A stretch of 62,188 bases of DNA, counting the filler, from Sphacelaria rigidula (Eukaryota), in assembly GCA_964200075.2 (NCBI GenBank). It is 9 parts of 9 records of this genome, joined end to end, with 100 filler letters (N's around TTAATTAATTAA, not from the genome) between each part and the next. Parts side by side here need not be neighbours in the genome. Positions count along the whole stretch, not along the records: positions 1 to 6,821 come from CAXNAA020017913.1; positions 6,922 to 13,742 come from CAXNAA020017914.1; 7 more parts are not named here. The stretch is one strand, 5' to 3'. A program made the position numbers and the translations under genes. The notes below the pieces were generated by a model. It searched no databases and was not told the origin of the DNA. It was given only the letters and a program-made list of their open reading frames with translations. Shown here in pieces: positions 1 to 11,865 of the stretch. Positions within the stretch are counted from its first letter, which is position 1. Each line of letters starts with the position of its first letter.

Positions 1-61
1 TAAAGCGAATGATCAAAGCTACTCTCAATCGTATCATCTACTCTTAATCTCACGAAAACAC
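1..61 (+). repeat. Interspersed repeat at contig edge; reverse complement at the end of contig 3 (20603-20663)
   Basis: TAAAGCGAATGATCAAAGCTACTCTCAATCGTATCATCTACTC matches the reverse complement of the contig-3 end, and both contigs break at the same base. Confidence 0.9.
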
Positions 62-104
62 TCTTATGTGCGTAATGTTACTCAGTGAGATAATGAAAAA
101 AATC

Positions 105-595
105 CGCAACATCTGGGCGAACTGCAGGTAAGGCAATCGCCGAAATATTCACCTGCAAACCCTGCTCCAGTGCACTGTAAGTTCGTATCGCTAGAAGCAC
201 ACTACCATAATCATCTTGCCGACTGTCAGACTGTCAGGACGTGTGATCCGCTAGCATTGCTGGTGTCTGTACGGGGATACTGCCCCCTTGTTGGGACGTG
301 GGGGAGGGTCCTTGGCAGCACGCAGTGGTCGCGTCAAGCAGCTGCGCGCTGGGCGTTCTCACTCAAGACTTCGATTTGGATAACGATACTGGGTAGGCAG
401 CAGCACCTGCTGTGTGTCCAGGTGCCCCTTGGAGCAAGATGCGTTTGGTTTCTGTTTGACAAGGTTTTCCCCAAAAAACGAATTCGATAAGGGTTTTAGA
501 GTTGAGTATTGTAGCAAAAAACGAGTCGCAAAAAAACGGTTAGTCGATCTTTTTCCCGGAGCAGAAACCAAATTCACGGAGTGAAATTGGAAAAA
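105..595 (+). repeat. Unclassified interspersed repeat; second copy at ~8911-9520
   Basis: Collinear shared blocks: GCAGGTAAGGCAATCG, CTGCTCCAGTGCACTGTA, ACTCAAGACTTCGATTTGGA, GTGAAATTGGAA. Confidence 0.8.
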
Positions 596-2032
596 TCACG
601 ACGGGTCAATACCCCTTACTCGCATCCAAGTAATAATCGGATAAACAGTTTTGGAATACGTGTCATTATGCCCGACGTATCATCACAACCTGCTGAGTGT
701 ATGTTAATGATAGGAATGCTCCATTGATTGATATCGTCACTCTCCTTCTCAATGTTCAACTAAACGCATCGTTCTGTATCAATACTCGTACAGCCGACAA
801 CTCTGAATGTAGACGTTCCGCAAGGTTATCCGTGTAAACTCCTATTTGACCACTTGGGTGGGTTATCCATTGAAGCGGCATCAATATTGTACACTTGACT
901 CTCAGAACGACAGTTTTTCATCCAATAATGTACGCCATGAAAGCTCACCCTAAATCTGGCGAAGATGTTATATGTATCATACTACTGAGCAGTACATGCG
1001 GAGCTCCTCGGGATGTCAAGTAAGGATGAAAACGGTGATAACGCCATGTTTGCTTAAATGATATAGCGCGTTGACTTGTGCTCGGCAGGTGCAAGATCTT
1101 CAAATAAAACGGAAAATGACTATTCTGGTACAATTCGAAGCCAAACAAACAGCCGTTCTTGGCTCAAACGCATGATAATTCGGGTCATTCTAACAAATAC
1201 GCCCGCCGTAGCTCAGATTAGGCCACGGCGTTCAATTCATCTTGATCTTACGATCAAGTGACCTCGTTCAAAAGCCTTGGGGTCGTCCCTTTATCGGTTG
1301 AAAACGTTGGAGCGGAGGAAATCATTGCGTTTTCTTCGTCGAACCAGCTTACATGCACCCCAAGCATTTGACAGGCCGATACTACGGTCCAGTATTGAGC
1401 AACCCCCAGTAAGATTCACTTAGACGGTCTCATTTCCGACTCACAGAAAAGGAAATGCAAAACGGCGAAAGGCCGGGAGAACCCCACGCTACCGCGCAGA
1501 ACGGGAGCTCTCTATACCCAAGGGTAAAACAAAAACACGTCACGACACCATGCTGTGTGCAACATCAACCTTCCCGTACGTACTGCGTAGCCTTATCCTC
1601 AAAATGCAGTAATGACGACAAATATGAGCGCGTAAAATTACGAAATAAACTTCAAATCTGAGGGGAGCCACAGCTTCCCGCACGAAACTTACCCTCCAAA
1701 ATCTGCATAATATACCGCCTAGATTTCGAGAAGAAAACAGCCAGAGAGTGTCACGGCGTGCGACGGAGCGTACTGTAGGTGGCAGTGCATGTCTCCGGTT
1801 TATGATGCACCACGTACACCCTTCAAAAATACCCCGGGGGGTGATTTTTCGACTATTTTTTGGCAACATGCCTGTATCTACATTGGGGTGCGCAATTCAG
1901 AACCCCCCTGAATACCACCCAAGGATGGCGAGTTTGGGGGTTTGACCCGGAGGTCGTGTACAGTGTAACCTACGGTAGTTAGGCCCCCTCCCTGGGCGTA
2001 ACTGCTCCGTCTCAGTCGAGAATGCACATCAC

Positions 2033-4015
2033 CGTTTTACTGGCTGAGGCAAGCAAAACGTGCAAAATACTGCCACCCGCAGCCCCCTTCCCCGTCTTTT
2101 CCGTTGGATTCTGGTCATCATTGTCGATCACACAGGCATCGATCGCAATTTGTCCATCCTTGAGTATACAGCGATTTATACACAAGGAGGATGGCCAAAT
2201 TTTTGGTCGGAAATCCGAGAATCCACAAGTCGCACGTCGAACCCTCGGCTCCCGCTCCACGTGTTGGTAGTTTAATTCGGCGCTCGATACCGAAGGTGAA
2301 CCTCAATCCGCAAACCCCCCTCCTTTTCCCGCTCACAATCCCTCCCTGCCCCTCGCGACCCCGCAAAAAGTACAGAGTGCTCGAGCTGCTAAATTACCTC
2401 GACCAAGGTAGAGGATGCGCACACAGAAAGACATCTACTAGTATTTATTCTGCCGTGACTGACAAGCCCTTAATCTCTCTCTCGAACAGACCTTTGTAAA
2501 CGAGTCTACTGTACTCGCGTTCTTCTTCCGTATCTTCAACATGGCATCGGGAACGTCCAGCCCACGAAAATTGGGCGGAAAGCGATGGAGTAAGGGAGGG
2601 AGAGAAGAAGCAGAGCTGTAATTTTGTCTGATGAAACAGCTTGGTTCAACTTTCGCCCAAAACTCCGTGGCCTCAACATGCCGGAATATCAATTGTTTAA
2701 AGTGTGGTCTAGAGCAACGCGCAGGTGATCAAACAACCGCACCCGCGACGCCCCGTAAACTACAGAAAAAAAGTAAAACAAAAATGGACCACACTTGCAT
2801 GAAGTCACACATCTCATTCTCGCTCCCCAACAAACATATCCCAATATCTAGGTTTCACAGTGTGGCCGGTAGATGCGCATGAAGCGCTTTCCTGTCGAGA
2901 CTGGACCTCTCACTCAAGTAAAAATAGGCAGGACACGTACAGTACCGTACCATATACCACTGTATATTTACTCTGCGGCCCTACACACGCCGTTCGGGGT
3001 CTGAAATTGCGGCTGCGCAACGGAGAAACATGTAGAGCTCTACAGTTCATCGTAAATAACTCTCTAAAACTACCAAAACCGGAGGCTGCCATGCCACAGG
3101 ACTGCAAACGGCATGCAGCTTCCTCAGAAATGTAGTCATGATGAGCTGGAGTATTACTGCACATGTGCGTACACTCGACAGCCGTGTTTGACTATTAAAA
3201 TGCTCACCAAAATACTCGCTGGCAAGAACTAAACTAACTCAACTCTGCCGTAGCGTTGGCAGCCATGATACTCGCGAAGGTGGTCCTTGTCCTGCGGAGA
3301 CACATGGCACATCAACGCCCACACCGTGCCAGTACAATGCGCACAGGCGACGTCGAAAAAACGAAACACGGCACAGGGAGAGGAAAAGAGACCAATCAGG
3401 TACAGGAACGCACGTGGGCCATCGAATACATGGCGACAGGAGAAAAAACGCCATAAAAACTTGGCTGGAACCTTACAAGAGCGCGAGTGTGCGATCCACG
3501 CGAGTTTGCTACTCATGTCTGGTGTGTCGCAACCGCGGTTCAGCATCACTATCGCATGCATATTTTCTCCTGCTCCATGCTCGCCTGCGCCCTTTTCCGC
3601 GTGGGTTCTGGCGATTATTTCCCCCCTTCATATCAAGTCCAAGAAGGATCCTAAACAACGTCCAAGGGAAACAACCCTGGAAATCATGGATTACGGCATA
3701 CTCAAGGGACAGCAGTCGCGCACGCTCTATGGGACTTGCGGCTGAGGAGGAGGAACACAAATGCTGTTGCATGCTTTGGGCGTATTTTGCAAAACGGATA
3801 CCCGTCACACACACACACACGCACACACGCACACAAACATGTACTGCTAATGCGGTGCAATTACGGAATACCTCGAGTACCGAAAATAGGGAGAAGGGGG
3901 GGGGGGGGGGGTGTGGGAGTTAGATATTATTATGNNNNNNNNNNCAACAAAAACACCCGCCGCCAAGAGCGCACAGGTGGAGAGGGGGTGTACAGGGAGA
4001 GGGGGGGGGGGGGGG

Positions 4016-4059
<44 letters not shown>

Positions 4060-5897
4060 TTTCTTTCAATCGTGTACTTGCGTGATATGGCGACCTGACG
4101 CGGTAGCAACTTCGTAAAAGTGTCATCTAGTAGAGGCACCATTCCCGGTTCCTGGAGTTCCGTACCCCCGATGCCCTGCACAACACCCATGAGGGGTTTC
4201 CACGGTGACTCAGTCCCCCCATGAGGATCGCTCTCTATGCTGAGTAACCTACATGTGTGTGTGTGGTCTACTTACTGTACTCAACTTGCCGCTGTAGAAT
4301 ATTGCTGAAGTGGATATTCAAGTGTTTTGTGCCCACGTGCCTCAAGTGGAGAACATGATCATTTTGAAGACAGGAATCAACGATTGCATACCATGGGGAG
4401 CCCACATTCTCTATGAAACTGGCGGAACAACACCCATGGGTTTACCTGTGCAATTACCCACGTTTCCATCATTTCAGACAGTTAGCAAATGGTGCTTTTC
4501 TGTTGTCCCTAAAGGAAAACACCCGTAACCATAGGCTCGATCGTAAGTGCACCAACGCAGTCTCCTTCACAAAAGACTGGCTCACGTGGAGGTATACCGT
4601 AAAACACAGTACATATCGCCCCCGGGTGGCACCAATTTTGTTCTGTTTTGTCTTGCAGTACGGTACAGTAGACATCGGCACGGTGCAATATATAGCCGAA
4701 AATCCATGTGCCGGGGGGGAGGGGGAAGCATACTGATTTGTTGCTTGCCTTGATCGTTTGATCGTTGACCACGCATCCCTTTCTAGTGGGAGTGGCGGGG
4801 GGGGGGGAGGGGGTCGAGAGGGTGTTACGTAAAACGAACGGGCGATGAAGAATAACGTGTTCTTGGGTCAGCATGGGAGACTTGAGCAATGCGAGGAAAG
4901 CAAGCGGAGAGTGAAGCAGCAGCATGGTGTGCACGCGCATACGCGATGTGCGGCACGTGAATACGTCGCATAGGAGCTACATACACCGTAGAGCATAACG
5001 TTCCGTTTTTCATATCATTCTAGCCCCTGAGGGTACTCGAGAGAGTGGTACCGGACGCACTGCATCTTCCCTCACTTTGTGTTTAGCTTGTAGCCTGAAT
5101 AACACACGTTTTCATGCACCGCCAGGGCCTCAGTAAGAAGGCAAGCATCAACAAACGCATATTGGGCGAGCCAGATCTCTCAGTGACATCGGGCTTACGA
5201 TAGTTGCAGGTTGCTGAAATTCCGTCCAGAAACCGATCATCGTTCATGTAGCAGGACCACTAGGGGGGGGACAAGATGTTCCGCACTCCTGCATCCAGAC
5301 CACAGTCAAGGCATACACCATGGACGATGAACCTTCAAAAAATACAGGGAGTATGTCAATGATCATGCTAAAGGGGGTATGCATATCATGTCTTACGATT
5401 GCAGAGAAAACTTACTAGACGAAAACATAGAATCTCGAACGAGTGTCTGTATACGCGTTGCGTTGTGCTCAGGGACCAATAATTTTCGATTTTCAGGTGA
5501 TCATTGACGATACTCAAGAGAACATCACTTCAGGAGGAGGAGGGGAGGGGAGGGGGGGCAGCAGGAATGCACTCAAGGAGACGATCGATTGAATCACGCA
5601 CCGTGACACAAACTTCAAGCACGTGGAATAGATCATTTTGAGAGCTGAGTGAGTATTTGCTGCTAAAAAAAAGTGATGATACCAAAATTTATTCATGAGT
5701 GCGTGTGTGATGGCGTAGGGCATATTATTCGCACTATCTTACGGCGGCTCTGCTGTCATACCTAGTATGCTCCTCCCGCCGTCGCTCATTGTCTTGACTG
5801 TCCAACTCCTTGAACTTCCACCTCAGGTATCTCCTAAAATCTCTCCGGCAGAACAACGTTATCGTGCTCCCAATATCGGAAGAGTCTCCCGCTGCCT
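2033..5897 (-). CDS. Multi-exon gene of unknown function (partial); best exons 5897-5762, 5527-5416, 5259-5199, 4880-4829, 4248-4095, plus weaker candidates down to 2158-2033
   Basis: Pyrimidine-tract/AG acceptors and GTATGA, GTAAGT, GTAAGC, GTAACA donors. Five consecutive exons join in phase without stops (AAGDSSDIGSTITLFCRRDFRRYLRWKFKELDSQDNERRREEHTSDVLLSIVNDHLKIENYWSLSTTQRVYRHSFEILCFRLWSCYMNDDRFLDG...). No domain recognised; downstream joins unresolved. Confidence 0.5.
4713..4813 (-). mobile_element. Short poly(C)-flanked repeat (probable non-LTR retroposon 3' end)
   Basis: Reverse complement AAAGGGATGCGTGGTCAACGATCAAACGATCAAGGCAAGCAACAAATCAGTATGCTT lies between C-runs; same family as 13937-14086. 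Confidence 0.7.
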
Positions 5898-6129
5898 CTG
5901 CCGTAAAAAAAAAAAAAGTGCAGCCGAAAACAAAGAAGGCAACAAGTGTAACGGCAGCAACAACAGCAACAGTTCGATTGTTCCGCGGACCAATTTGATT
6001 TCAACCTTGGACATGCTACATGTAATGCACAGTAGCACTCAATGGTAAATGTGACAAATGCACACAGTGTAAAAAGATGTATGTACCGTATACGAGTTGG
6101 GCCAGCCTAGAAGCGGATTCGCAGTTTGC

Positions 6130-6397
6130 AGGCGAATGCGCAATTTTTTACTCGGAGGTTGGACAGTGAAAGTTGGTATGAACAATCAACAGGGCATGAA
6201 AAAAAGCTGTGTGCGGGGTCCCAAACTTTTTTTGTGATTTAACGGCATTTCACTAGAACCTTAAAACTGATTATTGTCATTGACCCATGAAGAAAAAAAA
6301 ACTTTGAGAACCCGCGCACAGCTTTTTCTATGCCCTGTTGATTGTCCGTACCAAATTTCACTGTCCAACTTCAAGCAAAGAAATTGCGGAATCGCCT
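6130..6397. repeat. Imperfect inverted repeat (foldback/MITE-like), ~105-bp arms
   Basis: GTTGGACAGTGAAAGTTGGTATGAACAATCAACAGGGCAT pairs with ATGCCCTGTTGATTGTCCGTACCAAATTTCACTGTCCAAC. Confidence 0.75.
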
Positions 6398-6821
6398 CGT
6401 AAAGAACGGGCCGGCGGAAATTCGGAGCAGTATTTTGAAGGCCGTTAACCGGACCACGTTTGGTATTCGTGTGTTGAAACTTTGTGCGGGACCTCGCTAA
6501 GTCATGAACCATGAAAAATGGATCAGGTTGGTTTTGATTTGTTTTTTTCGCCGATTTAGGGCGTTTTAGTATGGTAAAAAACATTTTTTTACGCGAAACG
6601 CCCGAACCTCTCCCCCTCAAAATAAAGTCCCATTTCTCTTTTTATTCAGCATACCTCTGTCGTTCTCCATGCTAAGTTTCAAATCACAATTCTACAAGTT
6701 GAGCTAACAAATTGAGGTAAGGCCCGAAAGCAATCTTCGTTTCTTTTCAAAACTCCCCTGAGGCCGCTTCCTATAATGGACAAAAATAAAACCCCGGAAA
6801 GATGTATTTTTGGAGCTTTTA

Positions 6822-6921
6822 NNNNNNNNNNNNNNNNNNNNNNNNNNNNNNNNNNNNNNNNNNNNTTAATTAATTAANNNNNNNNNNNNNNNNNNNNNNN
6901 NNNNNNNNNNNNNNNNNNNNN
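6822..6921. other. Artificial contig linker (N44-TTAATTAATTAA-N44); identical linkers at 13743-13842, 20664-20763, 27585-27684, 34506-34605, 41427-41526, 48348-48447, 55269-55368
   Basis: The same 100-nt spacer, with stops in all six frames, recurs every 6921 nt. Contigs between linkers are 6821 bp (last 6820), as expected for size-sorted concatenation. Confidence 0.98.
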
Positions 6922-6982
6922 AAACAGAAACCTCCTGTGTTGACCTCCCTCCTGCGTGACCCCGGCTGATGCGCCCACGTAT

Positions 6983-7903
6983 GAACGTTATGGTGTGGTG
7001 AGTGGGGATATAGGGATCCCTCTTTTCTCGAGAAGATACGAGTCCATACTGCCGTGGAGAGCGATCATGTCGTGGGTACACAGAATTCGACTCTACGGTC
7101 GACGAGGGAAAGGGACTGCTGAACCCCTCTCGAACCAAACAAATATAGACGCACCAGGATACGGCGTCAACACTTCTTATCCGCTTGTCAAACCCCGTGC
7201 GAAGCGCAGCTTCGCAAGCACAGACACTTGAGCAGCACAAGGTCGCACCTGTACTGCCTCCATTCGTCACCGTCGAGGCCGAGATACGTCTCCGCCGTCC
7301 GCGGACGTTGCGACCAGAAGCGCCCGTACGTTCACTGTTTGTCGACAGTCGACACACGGGGAGTAGTTCGGATCAATCAGATCACATACTTCAACACCCC
7401 CTCCCATCTCAGCCGACGGGTGGCGGCGGGAAGGGGCGGTAACCTGGCCGGTTGAACCACATATCGACATGGAACGTTTTGGCGTGGTGAGTGGGGATAT
7501 AGGGACGCCCCTTTTCTCGAGGATATACAAGTCCATACTGAAGTGGAGAGCGATCATGTCGTGGGTACACAGAATTCGACTCTACGGTCGACGAGGGAAA
7601 GGGACTGCTGGACCCCTCTCGAACCAAACAAATATAGACGCACCAGGATACGGCGTCAACACTTCTTATCCGCTTGTCAAACCCCGTGCGAAGCGCAGCT
7701 CTGCAAGCACAGACACTTCAGCAGTACAAGGTCGCCCCTGTACTGTCTCCATTCGTCACCGTGGAAGCCGAGATACGTCTCCGCCGCCCGCGGACGTTGC
7801 GACCAGAAGCGCCCGGATGTTCACCGTTTGTCGACAGTAGACACACGGGGAGTAGTTCGAGTCAATCAGATCCCGTACTTTAACACCCCCTCCCATCTCA
7901 GCC
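6983..7903 (+). repeat. Tandem duplication, period 489 bp; each unit carries the ~79-nt core of the tRNA-derived SINE
   Basis: Units start at 6983 and 7472 and are nearly identical; cores at 7054-7132 and 7543-7621 match SINE positions 25158-25236. Confidence 0.9.
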
Positions 7904-8759
7904 TCAGACGGCGTCGGCATGCACAAGCGCAGACAAAGAAGAAAGCAGCAATGAAGCTGAATTTTTTGGAGTGGTGTTAAAGTGATTCGGAGAGCCGGTT
8001 GCTACGTGTGATGCCTCCAACCTCCAAAATTGCCTCGTTCGAAGTTGCGACAGTCAAGTCTGAGAAGTTGAATCAAGACCAGCCGTGGTCGAAAGGGGTC
8101 GAGGTGGGCTGTTCTGGGGACCGCTCACAGACAGAAGCGAAACACAACGCCATGAGCACCGATGAAGCTGAAACTTGTTGAGGGCGTCTTGATTGATAAA
8201 AGAGCAATGGGATGGGTTTTCGCGCAGCGCGGCTTCGAATTCATTCGGGGGAAAAAGGCTCGTGACTCTGGCCTTTGTTGTGCGAGCGGACGGACAGGGA
8301 CGACGCTTTTTGAACTTCGGTCCAGTAGAACCTTTTTCGGCCTAGGGCCTCAGAGGAATTGCAACACAGGGGTTACCCTTTGGGTGTGGAGCCGATACTG
8401 TGTACCAACCGCGGTATGACGCCTGCGGCGGTACTGCCTGCTCACTGCACAGCGGCAGGGTTCAGGGTGACAATGCACATCGCAAACGTTGCATCCTTTG
8501 TCTATCCCTGTCCTGTATTGATTTCGCGTTGCCCTATGCAAATAGCTACATCATCAGTGCAGTCATTGTATCGCAGCCAAGGTGTACGCAGGATATAAAG
8601 TCGCCACGCGCTTTATTGCTACGTCACATTCCGTAATGCTGTCCGTGTTGCAGCTACAGCGTGCGTTTGCCCCAGGTGGCGCACGCAGGAGTGGAAGGCC
8701 GCCTCCGCCGCGATAATGGCTGCCTGTATCTTGGGTGAAGCTGTATGGTAACACAGCCG

Positions 8760-8835
8760 CGGCTGGTGCGCCCACACATACCGAAAGGTGGAGACGGGCG
8801 TCCAGAATAGATGGGACGACAACACACACAGCACA
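8760..8835 (+). mobile_element. 3' end of the tRNA-derived SINE
   Basis: GGCTGGTGCGCCCACACATACCGAAAGGTGGAGACGGGCGTCCAGAATAGATGGGACGACAACACACAC matches 25336-25405. Confidence 0.85.
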
Positions 8836-9934
8836 CTCGACGTCGCGCAGTACACCTTCCACGTCGTGTCCGTACTGTCTGTTGGGTATATTTTCCATAT
8901 ATCATGTAGGGGCAACATCCGGGCGAATAGCAGGTAAGGCAATCGTCGAAGTATCCACCTGCGAGCTCTGCTCCAGTGCACTGTATGCTGATTCACCTGC
9001 AGGCTCTGCTCTAGTGCACTGTAAGTTGATATTGCTACAAGGACACAATCATAACCACCTTGCTGGCTGCCAGACTGTCACAGACTGTCGGGACGTAGGA
9101 TCCGGTCATTGCTACTGTCAGGTACGTTTTCGAGCATGATACTCGATGTGGATCATCCTTGTACATGAGCACCGAACGCTGGGGGTTCTTACTCAAGACT
9201 TCGATTTGGACGATGATACTAGGTGGGCAGCGGCAACTGCTGTTGTCCAGGTCCCCTTTGGAGCAGGATGCTTTGGGTGTCCGTTTGACGAAGTTATCCC
9301 AAAAACCCGAAATCGATAGGGGTTTAAAAGTGGGAAAATCTAGCAACAAAACTATCGCAAGAATCTAATCGCAAGAATCCTGACGCAAAAAAACTATCGC
9401 AAGAATCCGATCGCTAGAATTAAGTCGCAGAAATCCTGACGCAAAAACGGAGTCGCAAAACACCTGTGAGTCGAATTTTCACCCGCAGCAGGAAACAACT
9501 TCACTTTGTGAAATTGGAACAGCCTGGATTCGTTTATGAGGTTCAACATTTGGGTAAGGTTGAAGTCACCTAGAAATTTTATCTGTTGTGTCCGAAAGGC
9601 TCGGGATTCGCAACCGGTGTCGACCATGTAACCCTAACCCAGAAGTTTCTGCACGGCAGCGAAAGCATGATCATGAACAGTCCAACAGAGGAACCGCCGT
9701 CATTGTGCGGCATCTTTCGAGCAGGACCTGCGTCTGAGCGCTACGGAACACGTAACAAATCATGCTGAAAGCATACTTTTTTGGTCTAGATATCGAGTTT
9801 CCGAGCGCCTGTTCTTGAGTATCTGAGAGAGACTTCATACTGTTGCGCCGGCGACGACCGCCGTCAGGGAAACGATCCAATGCGGCGACAGACACCAGCG
9901 ATCTTTGAAACGCAGCATCATTCAGCAGTCTGCT

Positions 9935-10949
9935 GAGATATACCAGCATACCAGCGTACAGCATCACTATAGTACAGTCGCCAGTTGGATAAACTGGATG
10001 CCCCACAATAAAGCTGCAGACACGTACAACGGGGGTAAGGGTCAGTCCCACGCTTGGGGTTGTTCTGCAAGTGGTGCCCATGCGAAGTGTTTCATTCAGT
10101 CTGAGCCAGCTATCACGCCTTGTATGGCCACTTCCGCCGTGGCTGTGTTGAGAACCGGTTTTGCGGTGGGGATGTCGAATACTACTGTAGTGCAACGCGC
10201 TTGCAAAATCCGAGCCGTTTTGTTCAAATTTAGAGCCCGCATCAGCTGTAGTTTAAATATCCCTCGTGACGGTCCCAAACGGGGACTGATCCAGCGACGG
10301 AAAGAGCTGGCACCCTCTCCCTCAGATAGGATATGTGACAACCTCAAGGTTAGGACTAGACCCCACGGGGAGTCCTGAAATAAGCATGGTTTTGTTGGAA
10401 AGCACTCGTTCATTGTAACTGGTATAAAGCGTTCAAGCAAGGAAATTTCGACTTTGAACAGGGAAAGATGTACTACGAAACCCCTGGATACTATTCAACA
10501 TGTTTCATTCCGAGCGATGTTCCCCAAACACCCCTACAGTTGTCACAAATCCTATCTGAGGGAGAGGGTGCCAAAACTTTCCGTCGCTGGATCAGATCCC
10601 GTTTGGAATCGTCAGGAGGGATATTCCAACTACAGCTGATGCGGGTTCTAAATTCAAATAAAACGGCTCGGATTTTGCAAGCGCGTTGCACTACAACAGT
10701 ATTGTTCGACAGCCCCACCGCGAAACCGGTTCTCAACACAGCCACGGCGGAAGTGGTCATACAAGGCGTGATAGCTGGCTCAGATTGGATGGAGCACCTC
10801 GCATGGGCACTACTGGCGAAACAATCCCATGCGTGGAACTAACCCTTACCCTCGTTGTGGGTGTGTGCAGCTGTATTGTGGGGCATCCATTTTTTCCAAC
10901 TGGCTACTTTACTGTAGTGTTGCTGTACTTCGGTACGCTGGTATATCTC
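9935..10949. repeat. Long inverted repeat: arms 9935-10342 and 10539-10949, 196-bp spacer
   Basis: Arms are reverse complements throughout; the ORF track gives the same peptides on opposite strands (e.g. TSAVAVLRTGFAVG). Confidence 0.9.
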
Positions 10950-11443
10950 GCCCGTGTACCCGCAAGGATAGACCCTTGTAAAATCACACCATCACTGTAC
11001 TACAAGTGCCGTTGCCTGCTGTCTACTGTGCGGACACACTATGTACAGCGGACAACAGACAACTGTGTACAGACAGCGTGGTGTCTTGTACAACAGCAGT
11101 GCAACAATAATATGATGTGGCGGTATTCTCTATTCTCGATGGCAAGCAGCTGATGCATACTGTAAACAGTCCGTGTTCAGGTTCTAGAGAGTTATAATAA
11201 CACTGTAGGACTTCCGTGTTGTGTTCAGTGTAGTACGCCGTACTGCTTTTATATTCTGTAGGACTTCTGTAGTTCAACAATAGGGATTAAAGTATAGGGG
11301 GGGTCACGTTTTGGGCAGGTTTTTTTAGATTGGTTCTTAAAACGTTCTGATCGTTTCTGAAAATACATTCTAAAACAAACGAAACATTCTTCTGTCATAG
11401 AACTCCAATGCCGAACCTGAAATGGCCTGGAACAACAACACTT

Positions 11444-11865
11444 AACAGAGGATTCTATAAAATGAGGTTCATCAATGAAATGGGGTTCGAGCTCAAAACA
11501 GTACTTTCTCCACGCTGTCAGCGATGATGCCCAATGACTTTCTTGTCGGCCTAATGCCCCTCGATCGCGTAGATACTTCTTCAGCGCACTTTATCGACTC
11601 TTTCAGCTTACAGCGCTGTCCGAAACCGCCATTTCTGCATATTTGTTTTTTTTTGGGGGGGGTGATATCCGGGAAAACAGCAGTTTCGGTCAGCGCTGTA
11701 AGCTCACAGAGTCGGGAAAACGCGCTGAAACAGTATCTACGCGATCGAGGGGCATTAGGCCGACAAAAACGTCATCGGGCATCATCGCTGAAAGTGTGGA
11801 GAAAGTACTGTTTGGGGCTCGAACCTCATTTCATCGATGAACCTCATTTCATAGAATCCTCTGTT
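11444..11865. mobile_element. Foldback MITE, AACAG...CTGTT ends, 4-bp TSD ACTT
   Basis: Arms of ~195 bp (AACAGAGGATTCTAT.../...ATAGAATCCTCTGTT); ACTT at 11440-11443 and 11866-11869. Confidence 0.9.

Noticed and set aside
3895..4058. Poly-Gly/poly-Pro ORFs
   Set aside because: These are translations of G homopolymer runs next to an N10 gap; low complexity and of uncertain length.
6866..6877. Periodic TTAATTAATTAA motif every 6921 bp as a biological repeat
   Set aside because: It is an artificial six-frame-stop linker between concatenated contigs. ORFs ending in X...LIN are artefacts, and cross-contig gene neighbourhoods are meaningless.
7104..7130. Hammerhead ribozyme in the SINE core (GAAA...CTGCTGA)
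   Set aside because: Only 4 nt separate the two motifs, leaving no room for stems I and III. CTGATGA at ~20798 lacks a downstream GAAA.
9671..11153. Paralogous ORF pairs on opposite strands
   Set aside because: They are a by-product of the inverted repeat; no protein motif.
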